Source of the DNA: a virus
Taxonomy: Duplodnaviria > Caudoviricetes
IMG/VR virus record: IMGVR_UViG_3300027533_000048
Coordinates: 1-42,538 of that record
Direction: 5' to 3' (one strand)
Length of the DNA stretch: 42,538 bases
Positions within the stretch are counted from its first letter, which is position 1; each line of letters starts with the position of its first letter. Below the pieces are notes generated by a model, which did no database searches, had not been told where the DNA came from, and was given only the letters and a program-made list of their open reading frames with translations. Of the stretch, positions 18,833 through 25,765 are shown in pieces. The position numbers were made by a program, and so were the translations under genes.

Positions 18833-18867
18833 AAAAGCAGACGGCCCTTCGGGGCCGTTTGTCTTTT
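18833..18867. terminator. Bidirectional Rho-independent terminator between the converging arms
   Basis: AAAAGCAGACGGCCC-TTCG-GGGCCGTTTGTCTTTT, with A and T tracts on either side. Confidence 0.9.
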
Positions 18868-18976
18868 ACCAGTTCACCACGCCCGACTCGGTGAGGTACA
18901 GACCGATGAGGGCGATGAGGAAGATGATCGCCACCACCAGGTAGCCATGCCGGGAGAGCTCGAATGGTGATTTCAT
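18866..18976 (-). CDS. 36-aa single-TM membrane protein
   Basis: Read manually: MKSPFELSRHGYLVVAIIFLIALIGLYLTESGVVNW*. ATGA overlap with the stop of the 18973 ORF. Confidence 0.6.
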   Translation of the reverse strand: MKSPFELSRHGYLVVAIIFLIALIGLYLTESGVVNW

Positions 18977-20025
18977 GCTTTGCCTTTCATGCTCGGGTCA
19001 CAGTCGGGGAAGCGGCAATGCGCGGCGATGCAGGTGCCCGCATCGTCACTCCAGTTCGCGCAGCGCGTCGATGGCGGCGCGGACAAATTCTTCAGCTTGC
19101 GGAGCGCAGAGGGCGTTTCCCGCGGCGCGTAGAGCGCCCACTCTGCCGGGATACCCATAAGCCAGAGGGAAAAGTCCGGGTTTAGTTGGCCGCGCTTTTC
19201 CGTCCCGGCAGGGGAGCCAGACGGCGTCGGCCCAGAAACCGTTAGTAGCGCCATTTGGTCGAGATACAGGCCGATCCCGTCCATCTTGCTCGGCGGCATT
19301 GAGGAGCCGCCCTTGTAGTCCCGCGTTGCTGGTGTCGCCCACGATGCCAGCGAGCTCGCCATGCCCAACGTCATCCCGAATCCGTTGTTGCCGTGCCGCT
19401 CTTTGCACTCCTCCCGCCGCGCTTCCCATTTCGTGTCCGTGTCGTTCTGCGGTCCCGCGTTCGGCGTCGGCCACGGCGAGAGCATTGCCTCCTGCGATAT
19501 GCCCACCTCGCACAGGCGTCCCGTGTCCTTGTCGTAGGCCCGCTCCCCGCCACTCCAAGGCGTCCCGTCCTTGTTCACCAACCGGCCCAACGTGATGCCC
19601 GACTCCTGCGAGCTCGGACTGCGCCACCCAGTAGATTCGCTGCCGGATGTGCGGCGCCCCGTAGCCCGCAGCGCAGGTATCGACCGCCCCGACGGTGTAA
19701 TCCTCGCCTTCCAGGTCAGCGTAAACATGGTCGAGCCAAGCAAGTGCGTCCTTGCTTGCAACCTGCTCACCAAAGATAACGCCAGGGCGGCACTCGCGGA
19801 TGAGCTCGAACCATGCCGGCCAGAGATGCCGCTCGTCTGCGAGTCCTTTTCCTTTCCCGGCGCTGGAGAATGGCTGGCAAGGACATGATCCGGACCAAAC
19901 AGGTCGGGTGTCAGCCCACCCGGCGCTGCGGAGCGCGTGGCTCCAGATTCCAATACCGGCGAAGAAATGGCACTGGGTGAATCCGCGCAAGTCTGCGGGC
20001 CGGACATCGAGGATGCTTCGCTCAT
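18973..20025 (-). CDS. Alternative-frame beta polypeptide of the C5 DNA methyltransferase (TRD + motif IX-like)
   Basis: GGAG SD before ATG 20025. WRSP/WPTP/WATP repeats and GQLNPDFSLWLMGIPAEW; overlaps the alpha ORF almost entirely. Confidence 0.65.
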   Translation of the reverse strand: MSEASSMSGPQTCADSPSAISSPVLESGATRSAAPGGLTPDLFGPDHVLASHSPAPGKEKDSQTSGISGRHGSSSSASAALALSLVSRLQARTHLLGSTMFTLTWKARITPSGRSIPALRATGRRTSGSESTGWRSPSSQESGITLGRLVNKDGTPWSGGERAYDKDTGRLCEVGISQEAMLSPWPTPNAGPQNDTDTKWEARREECKERHGNNGFGMTLGMASSLASWATPATRDYKGGSSMPPSKMDGIGLYLDQMALLTVSGPTPSGSPAGTEKRGQLNPDFSLWLMGIPAEWALYAPRETPSALRKLKNLSAPPSTRCANWSDDAGTCIAAHCRFPDCDPSMKGKA

Positions 20026-20116
20026 CAACTTCTCCATCTGCAATCAGTCCTGCCTGGATTAAACGGCGCAGCCACTCCGCGGCCACCGGGTCATTCTCAT
20101 TGAAGTAAGCAGCCAT
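19046..20116 (-). CDS. C5 cytosine DNA methyltransferase (alpha polypeptide)
   Basis: Motif I FFAGIG, IV GSCPCQPFS, VI EQV, VIII HIRQRIY, X GNAL. Confidence 0.9.
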   Translation of the reverse strand: MAAYFNENDPVAAEWLRRLIQAGLIADGEVDERSILDVRPADLRGFTQCHFFAGIGIWSHALRSAGWADTRPVWSGSCPCQPFSSAGKGKGLADERHLWPAWFELIRECRPGVIFGEQVASKDALAWLDHVYADLEGEDYTVGAVDTCAAGYGAPHIRQRIYWVAQSELAGVGHHVGPVGEQGRDALEWRGAGLRQGHGTPVRGGHIAGGNALAVADAERGTAERHGHEMGSAAGGVQRAARQQRIRDDVGHGELAGIVGDTSNAGLQGRLLNAAEQDGRDRPVSRPNGATNGFWADAVWLPCRDGKARPTKPGLFPLAYGYPGRVGALRAAGNALCAPQAEEFVRAAIDALRELE

Positions 20117-22128
20117 CAGAATGCGGGCTGCACCGGCGCCGGGAAGTCGATGACCGTCGCTGATGGGTTGCCGGTAGTGGCTAGGCGGTAGCCTTTCACG
20201 TTATCCACGAAGCCCCCGCCTGGAAGCGAAATCTGCTGGTGACAGTGGTACGGCTCCCACACCGGGGCGACTCGGCGCATGGCCGCAGCCAGGTCGCGGA
20301 ACATGTGCGACTTGCGGAAGCGGATCTCCATACCCATCGCGTCCAGCAGTTCCGACGACGTGACGAATCGGTAGCAGACGTTGTTCACGGCGATGACGCG
20401 GAGCTTGCTCACGTCGTTGAGCGCGCGCTGCAGCGGCTCGTCCCAGATGCTGATCTCCATGCGGGATTCCTGCACCGCGGTAGTCGCGTCCTCGGGCATC
20501 TTCCACCAATCCTCGCCGCGCATGTACGCATCCTGCGCTTCAGCCATCAGCTGGCCGCGCCACTTCTTGATCCAATCGATGTCGATGACCCCGCACGCGA
20601 GCGGCCAGAAGCGCCGGTTGCCCGTCTGGTCGCGCAGGAAACGGTCCTCGTTGGTGGTGCCGACCATGACACTGTGCCGATCCATCGCCACGATCGACGC
20701 ACCATACGGCGGGCGGATGTGGTCGACGGCGTCGGTGATGATGCCCTTGATGTGATTCGAGTCGCTGTGGTTCATGGATGACAGTTCCGCCAGATCGATG
20801 ACCCAGCCACGGTGCAGGGATAGCCGGAAGTCCTTGTCCTGCACCTGACTGTGGGTGGAAACGTACAGGTCCGCAGAGGCGACGGCTTCCAGCGACATGG
20901 ACTTCTTGATCCCCTGCTTGCCCACCAGGACGAGCATCGTGTCGACCTTGCAGCCGGGCGCATTCGCCCGCGCGATCGCGCTCACCAGCCACTTGGCGCC
21001 CACGGCGCGGGTGTACTCAGTGTCGGCCGCACCCCAGCCGCGGATGAACATCTCCTCCATGCGCCCCACTCCGTCCCACACCGGCAGGGATTCCAGCACC
21101 AGGTTGCGCCGCCAGCGGGGCTGGTCCGCCATCCAGCGCAGCGCGTCCAGCGCCGTGGTCTTGGACACCGTCATGCCGATCTTGCTCTGCAGCCACACCT
21201 GCTCGTCCACGCCGAAGGAGTCCACGAACGGGACCGGCCCGTGCGGATCGTTGCGGTACAGGTTCCCGCGCATGACATCGAAGTAGTAGCGGTCGCGGTA
21301 GCGCTCATGCCGCCCCATGAGCTTCACCAGGTTGGACATGGTGGGCACGGCGATCCCGTGCTTGTTGGTGGTCAGGCCGAAGAAGTCGGCCACGCTGATC
21401 AGATCCTCGTCGAACTCGGACCCATCGACACGCGGCAGAGCTGCAAAGGCGGCGATCCGGTTGGCTTCCGGCTGTTCCATCAGCCAATCGTCCAGGCCCA
21501 CGCCACGCCCCGGCACGGGCGCCGGGAGTAGCACGAACGCTACCTTGACGCCGATGCGCTGGAACGCCCGTCTAAGGGTGCCAGCGGCGCGATTTACGTC
21601 GGGGTTGGTGCGGACATCGCCGTCGAGGCAGACCTCGACCTCGTCGACGGCGCGCGTCAGCGGTTTGATGGTCGGGTGGACGTGGGCGACACTCTTCAGG
21701 TTCTTCCTGACGCCGCCCCAGCACCCCGGTATCCCGATCACCGCGCGGAGCAGGAGCTTGCCGGCGCACGCCGCCTTGATCTCGCCCTCCACGATCAGGA
21801 GCTTCTTGGGCGTCTGGATCTCGGCCAGTTTCTCCCAGGTGAGCGAGCCCAGGATGTGCGGGTTCAGGTACGGCATCGTCGCTGTCTCTGGCGGATGCCC
21901 GGCCTTCACCAGTTCGTCGACCGACGGACCCTTGTACTTGCCGACGTTGGGCGCCGGCCGCGCGAGGCGGACCCGGTGCATGTGCGGGTGGAGCTTGCCG
22001 TCGAGTTGGTAGTACGGGAGCAGGAACCCGGCGGGCTTGCCGGTGAAGTCGACTATCTCGGTGGCGTCGACATCCTTGGGAGAGAGCCCCGATAGCGCGA
22101 GCTTCTCCACCATGAAATTATCTGACAT
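20116..22128 (-). CDS. Primase-helicase: TOPRIM (DUF3854-like) + VapE-type ATPase
   Basis: IVEGEIKA, CLDGD and GLDDWL in the N-terminal half; GKQGIKKS, WVIDLAEL and GTTN...DQTGNRRF in the C-terminal half. Confidence 0.85.
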   Translation of the reverse strand: MSDNFMVEKLALSGLSPKDVDATEIVDFTGKPAGFLLPYYQLDGKLHPHMHRVRLARPAPNVGKYKGPSVDELVKAGHPPETATMPYLNPHILGSLTWEKLAEIQTPKKLLIVEGEIKAACAGKLLLRAVIGIPGCWGGVRKNLKSVAHVHPTIKPLTRAVDEVEVCLDGDVRTNPDVNRAAGTLRRAFQRIGVKVAFVLLPAPVPGRGVGLDDWLMEQPEANRIAAFAALPRVDGSEFDEDLISVADFFGLTTNKHGIAVPTMSNLVKLMGRHERYRDRYYFDVMRGNLYRNDPHGPVPFVDSFGVDEQVWLQSKIGMTVSKTTALDALRWMADQPRWRRNLVLESLPVWDGVGRMEEMFIRGWGAADTEYTRAVGAKWLVSAIARANAPGCKVDTMLVLVGKQGIKKSMSLEAVASADLYVSTHSQVQDKDFRLSLHRGWVIDLAELSSMNHSDSNHIKGIITDAVDHIRPPYGASIVAMDRHSVMVGTTNEDRFLRDQTGNRRFWPLACGVIDIDWIKKWRGQLMAEAQDAYMRGEDWWKMPEDATTAVQESRMEISIWDEPLQRALNDVSKLRVIAVNNVCYRFVTSSELLDAMGMEIRFRKSHMFRDLAAAMRRVAPVWEPYHCHQQISLPGGGFVDNVKGYRLATTGNPSATVIDFPAPVQPAF

Positions 22129-22155
22129 GTGTGTCCTCTCGGGGGAATGAGGACG

Positions 22156-23604
22156 CTACTGGAGAGTGGTCGCTACGGGCAAGACACTTGTGGTCGCAGC
22201 CGGCGGGATCACTACATGTTGTGGTCGCCGCTTCAATGCTTCCAGCAGCAACTTTTGTGATCTATCCTTGCTGGCGAGAACTTCCGCCACCCGTTCATCC
22301 ATCGTGCCGCGCGCCACCAACGTATGCACAAACACTTGCGCGTTCGGGTTGCCTTGACGCCATACGCGCGCCGTCGCTTGCTCGTCCCACTCCAGGTTCC
22401 ACGTCGGCCCGTACCAGATGACGTGCAACGCCGCGCCCTGCAGGTTGAGCCCGTGGCCGGCGGATGCGGGGTGTGCGAGCAGCACGGGAATCTTCCCTGC
22501 ATTGAAGTCAGCGATGATCTGCGCGGTTGCCGTCTTGTTCTGACCCGTGAGCAGCACCGCGCCAGGAATGCGGTCCATGATGCGGTCCCGATCCGCGTCG
22601 AACTCGTACAGCAGGAGAGCGGGCTCGCCCTGCAGATCGGTAATCAGGTCTTCAAGCCGTTCCAGTTTCTCGCCGTGGATCACCGGCGCATTGTGTGCGG
22701 TGTCGTAGGCGAAGCCGTTCGCCATCTGGCGCAGCTTGTTCGCTCTCGCCGCCGCATGGGGTGACATGATTTCCACACCCTCGGCCAGCGCGATGTAGAA
22801 CTCCTTCTCGAATTCTATGTAGACTCCCCACGCCTCTTCCGGCATCGTGATAACGACGTCCTGCCGGATCAGTTGCGGCATGTGGAATTTGCCGAAGGCA
22901 TCGCTGTGCAGGATCAGCGGCTTGATACGGCGCTGGATCTCTGCTTCCACGCCGGGCTTCAGCACCCAATCGTTGCCCGTCCCGTTGCTGCGCGGCTTCG
23001 CGTCGAAGAACATCATCCGGTAGTGCGTGATGTACCTGCCCAGCGCGCCGCCCATGTCGAGGATGTACATCTGCGGGAACAGGTCTTCATAGCCGCGCGG
23101 GGCCGGCGTGCCGGTGAGGATGATGCGGCGCTGGAATTGGTGCAGGATGCTCTTGATGTTCTTGTAGCGCAGCGACGTGGTATGTCGGAAGTAGCTCGAC
23201 TCGTCCACGATCAGCACGTTCGCCTTCACCTTGTCGAATTGCCGCTTGTGCGTGATCGGGTGTTCCTTGACCAGCCAATCCAGACCCTCGGGCGTGCAGA
23301 CCAGGATGTCGGCCGTGCTGCGCTCCAGGATGTCGCCCTTCTTCGGGCCGTGCAGCACATCGAGCGTCAGATTTTGAACGTGCGCCCACTTGCGGATCTC
23401 GTCGGGCCATACGTTCACGGCTACCTGGCGCGGCGCCACGATGAGCGCACGCTTGAGCCCACCCTTATCCTTGAGGATCTTGAGATAGGTCAGCGTGGCG
23501 ACGGTCTTGCCGAGGCCCGGCTTCCAGATGAGCCCCGCCATCGCCGTGGTGAGCAGGAATTCAATGCCTTCGATCTGGTAATCGTGCGGTACGAAAGTTT
23601 TCAC
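22156..23604 (-). CDS. SNF2-family helicase
   Basis: GTG 23604. PHDYQ, PGLGKT, IVDESS, LTGTP, SAGHGLNLQ and QATARVWRQG motifs. Confidence 0.9.
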   Translation of the reverse strand: MKTFVPHDYQIEGIEFLLTTAMAGLIWKPGLGKTVATLTYLKILKDKGGLKRALIVAPRQVAVNVWPDEIRKWAHVQNLTLDVLHGPKKGDILERSTADILVCTPEGLDWLVKEHPITHKRQFDKVKANVLIVDESSYFRHTTSLRYKNIKSILHQFQRRIILTGTPAPRGYEDLFPQMYILDMGGALGRYITHYRMMFFDAKPRSNGTGNDWVLKPGVEAEIQRRIKPLILHSDAFGKFHMPQLIRQDVVITMPEEAWGVYIEFEKEFYIALAEGVEIMSPHAAARANKLRQMANGFAYDTAHNAPVIHGEKLERLEDLITDLQGEPALLLYEFDADRDRIMDRIPGAVLLTGQNKTATAQIIADFNAGKIPVLLAHPASAGHGLNLQGAALHVIWYGPTWNLEWDEQATARVWRQGNPNAQVFVHTLVARGTMDERVAEVLASKDRSQKLLLEALKRRPQHVVIPPAATTSVLPVATTLQ

Positions 23605-23984
23605 AGATCGTCCTCGGGTAGCTCGGGGAAGAACATAGCAATCACGGCGTAGGCCTCGACCAGCCCGTAGGTCACGACTACAGTCGCGCCCGCCTCGCGC
23701 AACTTGCGATGCTCCATCTCTTGCAGCTTGCTCAAGGTGCCCTTCACCGTCTTGACCTCCATGAACAGCACCATGCCGCCACGGCACAGGATCAGGTCGG
23801 GCATCCCGCGATATGCGATCGACGCAATCTTGCGGACGTAACAGCCACGCGCACGGGCGAGATCGATCACACGGTGCTGGATGTCGCTCTCCAGGTGATC
23901 CTTACCCGAAGGCGCAAGGGCCAGCGTTGGATCGGCGGAAATGTGCCCGGTGTTCACGCGCTCACGACGGCGGCGCGTCGACAT
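23601..23984 (-). CDS. VRR-NUC domain nuclease
   Basis: LESDIQ...GMPDLI...FMEVKT..GTLSKLQ. Start uncertain (23984 or 24038). Confidence 0.85.
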   Translation of the reverse strand: MSTRRRRERVNTGHISADPTLALAPSGKDHLESDIQHRVIDLARARGCYVRKIASIAYRGMPDLILCRGGMVLFMEVKTVKGTLSKLQEMEHRKLREAGATVVVTYGLVEAYAVIAMFFPELPEDDL

Positions 23985-24361
23985 TTTCTTTTCTGATGGT
24001 AGTGAGCTAGTGACCTTTGGTTTGTGCAAGTCCGACATTGCCTGTATCCCTGTTTAAGTTTTGATGCGTCCAGATTGTCCGCGACTAGCGCATGCCCGTG
24101 GGGACAGTGAGTTTTCGCGCGCTGCGGGCAACGCCCATCGCGCACTTTTTGCAGCGCGTTCTCACTGGCGGTTCCCATGTACAGATGCCTCGGATTTACA
24201 CACGCCGGGTTATTACACCTGTGACAAACGTGCAACCTGCGCGGGATCGGCCCGCACACGAAGTCCATGTACGCCGCACGGTGGGCGGAGAACCTGCCCA
24301 CGCGCCCGTACCCGTTCTTACCAATCGTCCCGGTGAACGTGATGCAGTTATCCGAAAGCAC
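23954..24361 (-). CDS. Free-standing HNH homing endonuclease with C-terminal Zn ribbon
   Basis: GYG...AHRAAY...VCHRCNNPACVNPRHL...EN, then KTHCPHGH...CRTC. GTG 24361 has a GGAGG SD. Confidence 0.85.
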   Translation of the reverse strand: MLSDNCITFTGTIGKNGYGRVGRFSAHRAAYMDFVCGPIPRRLHVCHRCNNPACVNPRHLYMGTASENALQKVRDGRCPQRAKTHCPHGHALVADNLDASKLKQGYRQCRTCTNQRSLAHYHQKRKCRRAAVVSA

Positions 24362-25097
24362 ACGGCCCTCCGTTGCTCTTACGAAATGAACACCAACGGC
24401 AGTGGACGCCTGGGCTCGCAGGAAAAATGGTTTCACTCAGGAGGGGTTCAGCAAACTCGGCAAATTCTTGTTCAAGGGAAAGCTCCTGCGCTCGCGTGAA
24501 GCGCGTTAGGTCATCGGCCCGCTCGGGGTCATCGATGTAGTCGCAGCCAACGACGACGACATCGAGCGTAGGGTTCAGCTTCAGTGCGGCGAGCGCGTAC
24601 AGGCGCTTCTGCTTCTCATGCTCGGGGTACACCTTGCCGGTCTTGAACTCATGCACGCGCACCATGTCCTTCAGCACCAGCATCGCGTCCATCACGATCC
24701 GCACCCAGACATTCGCGCCGTACCACGGCACTTGCTCCCAGTTCTTGGTGAACGCGATCTGCTGCTCGGCAATGGCCCCGGCGCCGTGCAGATGTCCCAG
24801 GCGTTTCTTCCAGATGTCCTGGTGCGGGATGAGCGCGCCCTCGGGCCACTCCCCGGTGTTCACCAGGTGCGCCAACTCCCCGTGGATGCCCTTGCCGCGC
24901 TGGATTGCGGTGTTCTCGGGCTCGGGCAAGCGCTCGATCTTGGTGAAGCGGATCACCTGCGGACACTTGCGGTGCTGATTCACCACGCTGTAGCTCCACG
25001 CCTTGATGCGCGGGAACGTCGGCACGCTTATCTCGACGCTGGCCGGCACCACGGGCGCTGTGCTGTTGAACGGGTTGTAGCCTTCGATCATGGTCAT
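24348..25097 (-). CDS. PD-(D/E)XK Cas4/RecB-like exonuclease
   Basis: WSYS...CP, RGKGIH, EQQI, MDA...EFKTGK, Q..LYA and C-terminal CRWC...C. Confidence 0.85.
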   Translation of the reverse strand: MTMIEGYNPFNSTAPVVPASVEISVPTFPRIKAWSYSVVNQHRKCPQVIRFTKIERLPEPENTAIQRGKGIHGELAHLVNTGEWPEGALIPHQDIWKKRLGHLHGAGAIAEQQIAFTKNWEQVPWYGANVWVRIVMDAMLVLKDMVRVHEFKTGKVYPEHEKQKRLYALAALKLNPTLDVVVVGCDYIDDPERADDLTRFTRAQELSLEQEFAEFAEPLLSETIFPASPGVHCRWCSFRKSNGGPCAFG

Positions 25098-25765
25098 CTC
25101 GTCTGTTCGTTGATCTGCAACGGGGGCACCTTGCTCGCGGCAATGGCTGCGCTGGCGCAATGCACGACAGCGCCTAGCCCGTTCGGACGCCCGCAAACGC
25201 ACTTGGTTGGCGCATCGCACATGCCCACGATCCGCTCTAGCGCCCGCTCCAACTCCGCAACGCGGGCCTCGGCTGCTATGCCAGCATCGCGGAATCGCTC
25301 CATGTTCGCTGTGGCTGCGGCCAGCATGTCTGCCTGCGATTGCAGCGCTGCGGCGGCTTGCGTAACCAATGTATGGGCACTGCGCGAGTGCATAACATGA
25401 TTCCGGTCATCGCTGTAAACGTGATCCGGCAGCAGGTCGAGGTAGTAAGCAATCCGCTGCAATCCCGCAATCAGCGCCGCAACGTATGGCACTGGCGCTG
25501 AGTTCGGCACGGCAACTTGATGCTGCGCCCACTCTGGATCGCAGACGGGGCATCCGGTGTCGTCGCAACGGGCACACTTCGGCTCGTCTGCTGGCACTGG
25601 CAGCGAAGCGCGACCGGCGGCGAATGCGCCCGCAATAGCTTGCATTAGCGCAACCATCGTCCAGCCCGGAAGCGGCCCAGCGTTAATGCTGCGCCATGCT
25701 GCCCGCGCCCTTTCCTCTAGCTGCTCGTCAGTCAGCGCCGCAACGTCAGGCTTGCACTGTGTCAC
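25094..25765 (-). CDS. Hypothetical protein with CxxC pairs
   Basis: CARCDDTGCPVC motif and coiled coil; overlaps both neighbours. Confidence 0.6.
   Translation of the reverse strand: MTQCKPDVAALTDEQLEERARAAWRSINAGPLPGWTMVALMQAIAGAFAAGRASLPVPADEPKCARCDDTGCPVCDPEWAQHQVAVPNSAPVPYVAALIAGLQRIAYYLDLLPDHVYSDDRNHVMHSRSAHTLVTQAAAALQSQADMLAAATANMERFRDAGIAAEARVAELERALERIVGMCDAPTKCVCGRPNGLGAVVHCASAAIAASKVPPLQINEQTR

Noticed and set aside
23954-24436. Group I intron around the HNH gene
   Set aside because: Both flanking genes are complete and there is no noncoding space for a ribozyme core.
24348-25097. Cas4 as evidence of a CRISPR system
   Set aside because: No other cas genes or array; solo Cas4-like nucleases are routine in phage replication modules.
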